The translations under genes and the position numbers were made by a program. The notes beneath the pieces were generated by a model that saw nothing but the letters and a program-made list of their open reading frames with translations, did no database searches and was not told the DNA's origin. A DNA stretch of 63,757 nt, counting the filler, from Licmophora abbreviata (taxonomy: Eukaryota), in NCBI GenBank assembly GCA_900291995.1. It is 11 parts of 11 records of this genome, joined end to end, with 100 filler letters (N's around TTAATTAATTAA, not from the genome) between each part and the next. Parts side by side here need not be neighbours in the genome. Positions count along the whole stretch, not along the records: positions 4,989 to 15,581 come from OLMU01001483.1; positions 15,682 to 22,936 come from OLMU01001484.1; 9 more parts are not named here. One strand, written 5' to 3'. How positions within the stretch are numbered: position 1 is the stretch's first letter; each line of letters opens with the position of its first letter. Shown piece by piece: positions 11,325 to 22,549 of this stretch.

Positions 11325-13096
11325 ATGTCATCGTCGAACACTGTCACCGCGTCGCGCCATCACAAAGCAACGGAAGTCATGGGTGCTACCGTTTCCACAA
11401 GACGACAACCCAAGGAATCTTCGCAAGCAGCCATACGATCGTCGCACCAGTCACCATTCGACTCGAGGAACGAAACACGCAGGAGAATGATGTCGGACTA
11501 TTATAGATTTCAAAATCAAGACGGTCCGTTCGATCGATCACCCGATAACATCTCCCCAGTTCCCTCGACAAGCCTTCGATCGCCGCCTTACTTGATCTAT
11601 AAGATCCCTCATCGACCATCCATTTCAGGAGTGACCGGACAAAGTAGCATGTCGTTCACCAAGCTTAACTCGGGGCAGAAGCACGGCAAGTCAAACGCCC
11701 GCGAAGTCATCGCAGTGGACGCGCCAACAACCAGACTGTCACTGTTACGCAGTGACAAGAAACGACGCTTTTTCTCACCGGCAGCCAAGTCCGCAACCTC
11801 GAAGCAGCTCATCCAAGCAAAAGCGAGCGTGTCACATGATCATGACTATTCGACGGTGAATCCAGAGGTCGTTCAAAACAATGAAAACAACCGTCAAGCT
11901 CACGGCCTTCATGATAGGAATTCAAACGCAGCATCTATATTCCGTCCAAAGCCAACGAGTAATGGCATCGGCATACAAAAACTTCGAGCAAATGCGCCTG
12001 CTTTTGTACCAGGCAAGGTACACGTCCCATCGATCCGTCGTGCTGACAACTTCTCGACCACGCGTAGTGAGGCGACAACGAACGTAGCTCATCCCATGAC
12101 GCTGGACGAGAGTCGCAAGGCACCATCAACTTTTACGATCGCAGGTCTGGGACGCGATGGTCCACGATCTCATCATTTGAAAGGTCAACAAGATGCATTG
12201 TGGACCTCCGCGACTATACCGACCAGCGCGCAGAATCGCTCCACCCAGCTCGAATCGTACCTCCATGTCACTCCGGATGCTCACCGGCAACGCAAAGGAT
12301 CGCCGATGAGTCCCTTGCCTGCCTCTAAAAGTCCTAGGGGGGCTTATTCCTTTGAATGCGAGGGCGTCAAAGTGACAATGATCGACGAGATAAGCAAAGT
12401 ATTTGTTGTCGATCTTGTGTCTCGAAAGGACTGTGAACAGATTCGGTCGCTAACGGAAGAGCATATCGCGCAGGTGGAGAAAGAAGGTGATAAGTCCAAG
12501 AGCTGGCGCTGCTTGTATACCTATACGAAAATGGATCTTCCCTGTAGCGAGGTAGCATCGCTCTCCGTAGTGACTGGGAAAATAATGAAGAAGCTTGTTC
12601 GAATTGTTGGAAAAGTTTACGGTCGGCCCAAAGCGGCGTCCAAGCTAAAGCCACGAAGTTGGAAAGAACCCCATCTTCTCATGTACCAGAAAGTGAAAGA
12701 TCAACCGTAAGTGAAAGTGGTAGTTGTCCCCGTCGACTCAAGAAGCCCATCTAACTTACTCCATGTCAAACATCTGTCTTCCTCTCGTACAGAGAACACA
12801 CGGGGATTGAGATGCACTACGACGGATGCGATATCACGTGGCAGCTCATGCTCACGGATCTGAACGAGTATCATGGTGGAGGTACATACATTCGGACACT
12901 TCGCAAGACAATCATGCTTCGTCAAGGACAAGTTCTCATCCATCCTGGTGAGCTCTACCACAAAGGCGTTGACATAACGAGTGGAACTCGTTTCCTAATG
13001 GTGTGCTTCATGGACGGATTCAATTCAAAAGTCAGCGACCTTAGTCGCTCTCATGACGATTGCAAGGAGTTTGAAAAGAACGTCTGTTTCTTCTGA
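11325..13096 (+). CDS. 2-oxoglutarate/Fe(II) dioxygenase (prolyl/lysyl hydroxylase-like) with PAM2-like motif; intron 12707-12792
   Basis: GT-AG intron joins ...KDQP-EHTGIEMHYDGCD; HxD...H...R pattern (HYD, YHKG, SGTRF); KLRANAPAFVPG in the N-terminal region. Confidence 0.8.
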
Positions 13097-13241
13097 TGTG
13101 TGTCCAAGAGTCTGAGAGCGAGCATACCCGTAGGTTCTTCAAAAATATCGGACGAAAATGCAGTGCTTCCATCGACAACCTAGACGAGCGCCCATAAAGC
13201 AACCGGGCCATAAAATAGTTGGACTCCGTTCAATAGCCTGT

Positions 13242-15319
13242 TCAAGTAGACTCGTTGGCTGGGAGGCGAAGCGCTTCATATAGACGCTTGCACAGATCAG
13301 TGAGCGAAACGTCCGTCGAATTGCTGATCGTTGAAGCTGGTTGATGCCGATCGGCGAGTAGATGCCTACAAGCGCCACGATTCTGCGTAACCCAGAGAAG
13401 GAACCGAACGGACTGGGTGGGAGTTAATATCTGTAGAAGCGCTGTATTTGTTCGCATCGAGGCTGCGTGACATTGATATCGCACACCTTTGCACATGTGT
13501 AGAACCATCTTAGTCGCTGCGGCCATCTGCGTGCGATCCGTCGTGAGACGTGCAGCGTCTTGCGTTCTTTGAAGATGAGGGCGGTCGGTTAGCAAGGAGC
13601 TTTTTCAAACCAGGCCAAATGAAGTCAGAAAGAGACTTACGTTTTGTGCATCTGCAACATGCGCTCTTCTTGCTCGACTCCAACCTCAAGCTCATGGCAC
13701 AATAGTGGCCACATGCGAAGTGCGTCCGACGCGGTGCAAGACACGGGCTTAGACTCTTCTTCGTCCTCCTCTGAATTTTCCCATGCTTGCGTCAATTCCT
13801 TTCCAATCTGCTTTGAACTTACTCTGCCCGGGGTAGCCTTGCTCGCCTAAAGTGCAAAGGACACAAGACGGATATGAGCACAATACTACGTTTTGCTGAC
13901 AACGTATGATCTCGACGGACACTACTACGACGTGCCTGTAAGGCATCCACCTGCTGGGCTTGCTCTTCTCTTCCAGCAATTAGAAAGTGCGGAGGCTGGG
14001 CTGTCCACCATAGCAAGAACTCCTGATATCTCGACAGCAAGAGTTGCTTCCACATTGAGAACTGAAACGACAACACAGCCTCTCGAATCACACGGTTTGG
14101 ACTATGCTTTGCCAAGAATTCTTGCAGCTGTTTGACCGTGATCAAGTCTGCGTGGACATTGAGCTCTAGAATAGCGCGATGCCGTTCTTGTTTAAGAGAA
14201 GGCTCCATGCGCGCCATGGCATCGCGCCGTTCTACTTCCAACTGACCGTACAGTTTCGATACTTTATGAGACAATTGCTGGAGACGTTCCTTTTTGCGTC
14301 GACGTGAGTTTCGTGCAGATTCGGCATTTCGCGCCAGTCGACGTGCACGCTTCTCCTCTGATTCTGGTTGCTTCGGAGGCTGCGTTGGCAGGATGGCCGC
14401 ACCGTATAGGGCAGCCGCCACGGCGGGTGGAATATGAGGATAGCCAGGAAGCACGTGTGGCGGCGCGGGCATGCCGGTAGCAGCAGCGGGAGGGTGATGG
14501 GGTGGGCCAACCACCATCGGCGCTTGCTGCTGCGGTTGTTGCTGTACATTGACCATTCGCGCCATAGCGTTGATTTGATGAAGCCAAGCCAGATGCTGTT
14601 GCTTTTCGAGCTCTCGCTGATTCTGTGCTTGACCTTTTTGAGCGTATTTCGGCGGCGGCGGTAACATGAGATTCTCTTGCCCCGATCCAATGATTGCAGC
14701 TGGGGAGATCGGCGATTCAGTCTGTCCTGGCCGTTTTGATCTTCCAGGGTCTGCGTCTCGGTTGAATGTCGACGGACGCATCTGTTGCTCTATGTGGTGC
14801 TGCAGCACCGGGCCGCCCGATACCAACGCGGCAGCCATGGATGTCAACGCTGGGTCTGCGAGACTCGACGAAGGCTGGCCGTTCGTGGATTTCAGGCTAC
14901 TTCCGTTCGCCGCGGCATAAAATTGAACTGCCGGCGTCGAGGGGGGTTGAAAACCTCCTCTCTTCATAGGCTGTTCAATGAAATCTTCGTCTTCGGGCTC
15001 ATTCTGTGCTCGTGTGGAGCCAAACATTGGCGAACTTCCATTGTGTGGCTGGTGTCCAATCGATGCTCCATCTACCAAGTGCGACAGCAGATAATCAACT
15101 TTTCAATTTCGGGAGTGAAAGAGAAGAGAGAAGCGAGGTACATGTAAAACGGTGATGAGAAGTGAAATCTCAGGAAATTCTGAATTGACAAGTTTGCTCG
15201 CAGATCTCACCCTCTTCTGTGTCCCAAGCCTCGGGAGCACTCGCAGACTCTTCTCTATTCGAAAGTGGGATCTCCTCCGGCTCATCCTTGATGGTAACGC
15301 GCTTGGCAGAATCACTCAT
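13242..15319 (-). CDS. bZIP transcription factor; introns 15072-15210, 13847-13935 (GC-AG), 13567-13640
   Basis: Basic region EKRARRLARNAESARNSRRRKK plus leucine heptads; Q/P-rich region; spliced exons stay in frame (RVSSKQIGKEL, MWPLLCHEL). Confidence 0.85.
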
Positions 15320-16117
15320 AGTGTCTAAACTAGTAGTTTGCTCCCACGCTGTGAGCTCCCGGTTCCCGGTTCGTCTTGTCTTGTACTCCCTCATGCCATA
15401 GAGAGAAAGCTAGCGCGCCCAGAAGCACACCGGAGAATTTATCGAACGGGCAACCACATCGGGGTTCGCATCCACGTCGGCTTCTCGTCGCCACCTTAAT
15501 CGATGATGACGTCGGCTTATTTATGGTGCGAAGGAAAAGGGGCGCCCACGACATGAATCGAATCAATCAATCGGACAAAAGNNNNNNNNNNNNNNNNNNN
15601 NNNNNNNNNNNNNNNNNNNNNNNNNTTAATTAATTAANNNNNNNNNNNNNNNNNNNNNNNNNNNNNNNNNNNNNNNNNNNNTCAACCGACCGTTATGGTA
15701 CGTCAAACAAGCGGGAGCATTTTGACGTCCTGTCCGTCAGCACGACTTCTCGTAGGTCAGTACTGGAGTCTACGCAAAATGCCACTGGAAGGCGACCGGT
15801 CATAAGGACCACCCAGATGCATTCCGCCACCAATTCTGGCATATTTAGTATTTAGACCTCCTGGTTCGATGGGCGCTCTGAAAATGTGATTTTGAGCGAC
15901 ATCGGTCGTGTATTTGGGATTTCAAGGACGGGGTACGCTCAACCGTGGAAACAATACTGAGTTGCCTGGTGCGAGAAAGCAACGGACCCCTTTTTAGGTG
16001 ACTCCTACGAAACTTGTGTGTGTATTTATGCCAGGTTTATATGCGATGTCTTTCTTGTAGACGTCCTTTTCTCTAGTTGCTATTCCCGTGCGGTTCGAAC
16101 TGATAGGGCCGGGCCCT

Positions 16118-16714
16118 TCAACACCTCCCTCCCGGCTCTTCTATCAACTCAAAATCATTCTCATCGTACTCCCATCCGAACTCTGATGCGTAAGTCTTCA
16201 TCTTTGTCTTCAGAAACGCCATTATGCACGGCTTGATACGAGGATCAGTAAATTTATCATATTGGTTGAGCGCGGACTTCATATGATACATCCATCGTTT
16301 TGCTCCCCGTGCCGTCATGACTTCATGGGCATTGTGCCTATGATGAAACTCTAACCTGTAGTTACCACCGTGGTAAACTCGTCCGCCGCCCATGGCGTCC
16401 ACCCAATATGCCGTTTGTGTTGCCACGTGGTGGTCAAGTGAAGCGACTTTCACAAAGACCGAACGGAACCATTCCGCTTCGTGGTCGTTGAAAATTCGAA
16501 CGTAAAAGTCCTTGATTATTTCCAGGACTGGCTCATGGCCAATGAGGGAGTAGAGCTGCCAAAAATACAGTGGCTTTGACGTATCGGTCGCATCGGCTTG
16601 CAGTTGTGATTCGGAAAGCGCGTCTCTCGTATCGTTGACTTTCTGCTGGTCAAAGAATTCCTCTCGGGCGTGGCGAGTCGCATAACCAACTTTAGGCTCA
16701 AAGGGACATTTCAT
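16118..16714 (-). CDS. Truncated (2/2) haemoglobin-like globin
   Basis: ATG at 16714; DFYVRIF (B9-B10 FY), AMGGG, RLEFHH (proximal His), KRWMYHM (G8 Trp). Confidence 0.8.
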   Translation of the reverse strand: MKCPFEPKVGYATRHAREEFFDQQKVNDTRDALSESQLQADATDTSKPLYFWQLYSLIGHEPVLEIIKDFYVRIFNDHEAEWFRSVFVKVASLDHHVATQTAYWVDAMGGGRVYHGGNYRLEFHHRHNAHEVMTARGAKRWMYHMKSALNQYDKFTDPRIKPCIMAFLKTKMKTYASEFGWEYDENDFELIEEPGGRC

Positions 16715-16887
16715 ATTCTCACTCTGTGCGAATCGTCTTCGTCGGAATTGTGAGATCTTCGTCGGATCACACACATCACAAGAAGTTCTCCGAGCTTTCG
16801 CCGAGATCGCCGAGAGCATCAATCCCAGCGTCCTACGACCAACAAAGCCTATACCTGATAGACGTTTGAAAGTCATAACGCTTGATA

Positions 16888-18515
16888 TTATATTTTTCGT
16901 TTCCGCTGCGGCGCGAGTGCGTCTGGGTCGTGGTATGCTACAATCTTCCAATATTCTTTCTTGTCACCCCATGAAGGACACGCCCGACACTCTTCTTCTA
17001 CAATGCTCTTCCAGAGCTGCAAGTTCACTGCTTTGGAGAACTTGACCGGGTGTACGATTGGGCACTTCAGCTTTTCTTTCTTCGTTTGAAACGGTATCGG
17101 GTCGAATACGTGTGTGTCGCAGTGCGAAAAGTTCAATAGCATGTCATCTGGGACGTTCATAATGTACGCCATTGGAACAGCAATCTCGAGCATGACGTCG
17201 TGCTCTCCAAAAAGTGCTAGTGTTCGAGAAATGCGATCCCCAAGCAATGTACCAGGTACGTAGAATGCATCCGAGTACCCGCGTACCATCGGAGTCAGGA
17301 TGTTTGACTGGCGTTCTGTACAGAGTTCCTTCTGCAACAAAGTAGTTGGCGGAAAGCTTTTCAGCTCGCTGTCCGCGCAAAACTCAGTGCCGCTTCAAAA
17401 TTCGATCGTGTTCTATTCCTTGGCTTCGAATATAGCAGGTAGCCGCTATCCAGGTGCCACCAGACCCATGGCTCTGGGTAGGACCCATATGGGTATCTGG
17501 GAAGAAACTCCCTTGGTCTGTACTCTGCTGAGGACAAGGGCATACCCGGTGTCCTGTAAGGAAACGTTCCCCACGGAGATTCTCCTAAATAGAGGCTTGA
17601 TTTTGCTGCAAAATCCCATAATCTTGCCACAGCGTCGTCGTTTACCTGGAGATAGCCCTTATACCCAGGAAATTTTGAACTTGCTATTGGCATACTCATG
17701 TGAGAGTTGGTGCCCATGCTTTTCTTGAATGGATTGATTAACGAAGTGGCATTCGTGACTGAGCTACTATCTTCATCGAGCGGCAAGCTAATGGCATGGG
17801 GCGTGATGACGGTAACGTCAAAAAGGGTGTGTGGCAAGTGACTCGGAAGGATTGTGCCCATCAGCAGGCTATAGACTTCATCCTGAATGACATGGTGAGA
17901 ATGAAGGATATAAAGGATCCTTTCAGAAACATTAGCTTGGCTCAGTTGTACTGCCTTTGCTCGGAGGACCCTAGCATGTCTCTGCAAGAGGCCGATGACG
18001 AAGCTTGGGTCATTCTGGGTAGCCTGCCATACCCCGACTCGAGTTGCTTCGTCGGTGCCGTCCGCATACAAGTCACATTTGTGCCCGGGTTTTGAACTAG
18101 TAGTGTTCTTGTCTGTATCGCGTCGTGTGGATAGTTGCCAGGCGTCGCATACTGGATTAGCATGACACAGATCATTGCACCATTCAACCGCTAGTTGTAC
18201 TTTCTCCGCGGGCTTTTCCATCGCCCCTTCGAAGATCGACGCCAGATGAACGCCCGAGCAAACCATAAATCTCCTTATTGGAAGTGTCCCGCCTCGCAGA
18301 GAAACCCCCACGCGGAAAGTATCCTGGTGCACGACGTCACCATCACTGGATCTATCGTCACCGTGGGTGGGATCATTGATCGCGATTGATGATGATAGCT
18401 CAGGTTCGACCTGACTGAGCCGAACGAAGACGCGGAATCGCACGGCAACTATCACCACTACCGGTAACAGAAGCAGTGAAATTGTTCTCATGGTAGAGCT
18501 AAGGTAAGCATACAT
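16888..18515 (-). CDS. Type II membrane protein: PAN/apple-like Cys module + STELLO/DUF288-like region; apparent 1-bp frameshift near 17379-17382
   Basis: N-terminal TM; WCNDLCHANPVCDAWQ..CDLY; GYLQVNDD..LWD in the first ORF and SDAFYVP..LEIAVP..VHPVK in the second. One added T joins them (ALSF-CADSELK). Confidence 0.6.
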
Positions 18516-19029
18516 ACACGGAGCGACTAGCGAGTTTGCTCGCTGCCAGGGTCATAAGGTTTATCATCCCCATCATTCCATACATTGTTCTGCTCATCAT
18601 CTCTCACATCCTGAAGTCATCTCCAATCCGTCATCATCACCCGGCCCCGTCACATCACAGTCTCAGTCACATGAAACGGTCCTGATGACCATGACTCAAA
18701 ACGACTCGACTCGTGATTCAACCACAAACATTTCCATTTCGGGAACTAAAACTGGCGGCTCACTCCTCAGGATCCTGCATTGTCCATTACTTTGCTCTAC
18801 TGCCATTCTGTAGCGCACGTATAGCACCTTGCTGGTATCGTGATGGACTTAGAATTGAGGTTGGAGCGATGGTGGAGTCTACCCCTATAACACGATTGAA
18901 TGCTCTCCGGAGAACCCAATCGAACACCAGACACCTGAGGTTTCCCTTATGATTTACCGTGCCGATACAACGGGCACCTCTTCGCTTCCGCCTTATTCTC
19001 TTGCCAAACGATTCATGTTCGCAAGCTTG

Positions 19030-19701
19030 TCAGTACCTACCCCGACCTCTGCCCCGACCACCGAACCCGCCACCTCGTCCTCCAAACCCGCGTCCCGGCG
19101 ATCGACCACCGCGGCCAAATCCTCCTCGGCCTCCGCCCCTTCCAGGAGATCTACCTCCCATGCGGCCACCTCTTCCACCTCCCCTGCCTCCACCCGGCTT
19201 GCTTGGATTTGTGAAGCGACCAAGAGGCAGCAGCTTATCAGTTCCGACATAGACCAAATCATTCGGCTGAAAGCTCTTGCTCACTACACCGGGATCCATT
19301 TTGACGGTGAAGAAGACTTGGGATATCTTTCCAAGAATCTCGTCGACCTTGCCTATCCTTCGCTTGTTTTCCAAATAAACGCCAGCGTTGAAGTACGGGA
19401 CCTTTTCAGGAAGCGTCCATTGACAGACCAGTTCTGATTCACAGTCGTGCGCGACCTTGCCAGCCTCTGAACAAAGAAAAGAGACGATACGAGCGTGAGC
19501 GACGTGTACGTTCATCCCGCTCGCAACAGCGATCGAACGTGGTTATGATATGAGTGTTCCGCCGCGCGACATACCGACGATTTCTGCGGGCGGTCCTTCG
19601 TCGCGCTGGAAGCGACCGCCACCTCCTCTTCCCCGCCCGCCGCCACCACCACGTCCGCGTCCACGCCCACCTCCGAATGAGCCTCTCATTGAGCCCCTCA
19701 T
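19030..19701 (-). CDS. GAR1: H/ACA ribonucleoprotein subunit GAR1; intron 19467-19574
   Basis: RGG-rich ends around [12 protein letters not shown]...[25 protein letters not shown]...KLLPLGRF. Confidence 0.96.
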
Positions 19702-19972
19702 GTCCGAGAAGGAATTGTCAAAGCAGGTAGATGGAACAAGATACGCACTACGCACTATGTGTGCCTGTTAGTGCCGTCCTTGTGGGTGCATGCAGCATGG
19801 CCATCCATTTTCCAGCGTACGACTAACAGACTTCCTTGCACGGAACTTGTTGTCAACACGGCACACGGCGAGCGGCACACGATGAATGCAAAGAAACTGA
19901 TGCAAGTGGCAAAGGTTGTCGGTTGTCGGTCGATACTGCTTTCTTCTCGAACCGCGCTGCCTCCAGTAGAGC

Positions 19973-20482
19973 ATGGTTAAGTCGGAAATTACAAAGAAGA
20001 CACAGGCGTCGAAGCGCCCGCGTCGAGAAGTTCAAGTGGTGGTGTGTCCAAGTGATTTTCCGACCAACCGCCCGTCGAGCGCACGTCGGCAGCCACACGA
20101 CGAACATCGAGCCAGAAAACGACAACCGAGGGAGCTAGACTGGCACACAACAGCTCATGAGATTCATGCTTTGGGAGCAACTGCATTTGAGGGACACCAA
20201 AAGCGGTCTTATCAGCAGGAAGAATACCAACGGCTTACGGGGCGCAAAATGAAGCAGCAGAAAGTCCCTCGAAACATCCAAAGAGGCATTCAGCGAAAGG
20301 CAGAGGAGCGTCGCAAGCGCAAGCTCGAAGAAGCGCGTGAAGCCGGCTTAGTTCTACCTACGTCTGCTAAGAAGAGAGAAAAGAAGCGTGACTCAACCGC
20401 AATGGTCCACGGGCCAGCTCCTTCTGTGGGATACATGAAGAGAGGAGTACTAAGGGTAAAGCGAGACCAAAGTAGCTCATGA
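19973..20482 (+). CDS. Faf1/C1orf131-like small-subunit processome factor
   Basis: Basic 169-aa protein with EIHALGAT, KVPRNIQRGI, EEAREAGLVL, SVGYMKRGVLRV. Confidence 0.65.
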   Translation: MVKSEITKKTQASKRPRREVQVVVCPSDFPTNRPSSARRQPHDEHRARKRQPRELDWHTTAHEIHALGATAFEGHQKRSYQQEEYQRLTGRKMKQQKVPRNIQRGIQRKAEERRKRKLEEAREAGLVLPTSAKKREKKRDSTAMVHGPAPSVGYMKRGVLRVKRDQSSS

Positions 20483-20599
20483 ATCTACGTTCCTTTTATA
20501 TACAATAGCTAGCAAGGATAAGTCTGTCACAAGGATATATTCAGTGGGTAGGCACAAGATTGGGATCGTGCAGTGTGAAAGCGGACCGCATCAACGTCA

Positions 20600-22549
20600 C
20601 TACACCTTGCTGGGATCGTTCATGTTGAACGACTCCATCAGCTGCATCAAGTCTCTCAGTAGTGGACGCATCACATTGAGGAACTCACTAATCTGGTCGT
20701 GGGCCTCCTTCTTCATCTCTTCACCGACGAAAGCCTCACGACCACAAGTCGGTGGAAGCCTTGCAATGGGCGAAAAAGAGGGGTCATCTTCGAGCTTTGA
20801 TTCTTTCTTTGGCGACAACGGCTCAACAGATTCGCCAACACGATGATCCTTCGGGTGGAATTTATAACACGACAAGTCCGCCCTGAAGCGTCTTTTGTAC
20901 TGTTCCCGTAACTTTTTCTGTCGGCGCTTTTCTTCTTCCTCCGTGTTCTTGAAAAGATCGGCGGTGGACCGGACCAAGTTGTCCCATCCTCCCTGAATGT
21001 GCTTTCCGGCTTGATCCCATTTCTCCATCAAATGAGAACCCAAAGTGCAAATGTTATGAAACTCTCTAGCTTCCATCTCATAGGAATGATCGAGCTGATC
21101 CCATGCAAAGGGCGATGAATCGTCGTCGCTGCTGAAAGACGACACCGTAGACTCAGACAGACTGGGAAGAGGGAACCTATCTCGCCTTGATCGAGAAGCC
21201 TGTGACAGTTCCTTGTGACGCTGAGGATTCAGAGAGTTGAAGAGCTTCTCAACCGGTGGTGTTGCTTGCAGTGAGTGGTGAAACACTTTTTTGATCATCC
21301 AGCCATGGTAGTTGGCGAAAACTTCGTCATATGCCGCCGTGCCAGCTGCAGACGAGTCTGCGAAAGCAGACGAGACTTGCAGCAGATTTGCAAACGTTGC
21401 CGCCTGGTACTGCAGTTGCCGAAGGCTCCATAACAAACTAAGTCCTGCCGTCTTATCGTTCAGCTTGGGTAATCTTGGGTGCATGTCGTGTCGAAGCTCG
21501 TGCTCAAGGAGCTGACGAAGCGTAGGACTCTTCACCATGACGACTGACGCGTCCGAGGAAAGTCTCCGTTGCCATTCTACCCAAGCATGCCCGGCCTTTT
21601 CCATCTTTGCAATATTTTGAATCAGGTCATGACGACCCATGCTCATTCCTGCAGCATACGCTCGGTATCCCTCTGGCACCAGGCGCACGGTACGCCACTC
21701 TGCAAAAAGGCGCAAGATAGCACAGAAGGCAAAGGCGTCCATGTCGGCGCCCCCAATAGTCCTGCCTTTTTCTCGATCTGCGACGACCTCCAAGCCCCGA
21801 GACGAGCACACTGCTGCATCTATAGCGGCCTTGACCTGCCTAAGCAGCGGCGAGGTTTTGACAGCTTCCACGCTTCGAGGGTCTGCGAGTGATTGCTGCA
21901 TCAGTACTGAAAAGTCTCGAAGGGTCATTCGAGCGACGAGGTCAAGCGATACAAACGACTCCTTGGCAGACAAGCTAAGTAGATGGTATCCTCCTGATTC
22001 GCAAGAGCCGTTCCAGCACGGAAAGCTCTTCACTGCCTCCGAGAGTTGAGAGAGACCTGCTGCCGATGACTCCCGGGCTGCCATGGATATGCGCTTGGCA
22101 GCATCCATGGAGTTCTTGCTCACCGTTCTTCGAAGTGAATCAATCTGACCCATCGACATGGACATGTGTGTCCGTGATGATCTGGAACGTTGAATCTTGG
22201 TGCTCACGGCCGCTGACGCGTTCCATATGAAATTTCGAAATGTATCATGACCCAACAGAAGAGGGATCGCCGAAAGCAACATGGCGATCCAAGCAATTTC
22301 ATGAATTTCTTCTTTCCTCGGCTCGTCAAAGTCAAAAACGTCCGCACAACTCGAATGTTGGGAATGGTGCACCAGGGTTGCCAAGGTTGCCATGACGGCC
22401 GAGATGACACCCAAGTTCGTTCGAAATGACTGGTACCAACCTACTTTTGGAGTGTGATGATCTCCTCGGACGATTTCTTCTTCTGCGATGATCCAATCAT
22501 CAAAAGAAGATTTCGACAGGGATCTATGCTTGTCTGTTGTTAGACACAT
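20600..22549 (-). CDS. Glycolipid transfer protein (GLTP)-domain protein with N-terminal hydrophobic segments
   Basis: GLSLLWSLRQL, AYDEVFANYHGWMIKKVF and C-terminal MNDPSKV. Confidence 0.8.
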   Translation of the reverse strand: MCLTTDKHRSLSKSSFDDWIIAEEEIVRGDHHTPKVGWYQSFRTNLGVISAVMATLATLVHHSQHSSCADVFDFDEPRKEEIHEIAWIAMLLSAIPLLLGHDTFRNFIWNASAAVSTKIQRSRSSRTHMSMSMGQIDSLRRTVSKNSMDAAKRISMAARESSAAGLSQLSEAVKSFPCWNGSCESGGYHLLSLSAKESFVSLDLVARMTLRDFSVLMQQSLADPRSVEAVKTSPLLRQVKAAIDAAVCSSRGLEVVADREKGRTIGGADMDAFAFCAILRLFAEWRTVRLVPEGYRAYAAGMSMGRHDLIQNIAKMEKAGHAWVEWQRRLSSDASVVMVKSPTLRQLLEHELRHDMHPRLPKLNDKTAGLSLLWSLRQLQYQAATFANLLQVSSAFADSSAAGTAAYDEVFANYHGWMIKKVFHHSLQATPPVEKLFNSLNPQRHKELSQASRSRRDRFPLPSLSESTVSSFSSDDDSSPFAWDQLDHSYEMEAREFHNICTLGSHLMEKWDQAGKHIQGGWDNLVRSTADLFKNTEEEEKRRQKKLREQYKRRFRADLSCYKFHPKDHRVGESVEPLSPKKESKLEDDPSFSPIARLPPTCGREAFVGEEMKKEAHDQISEFLNVMRPLLRDLMQLMESFNMNDPSKV

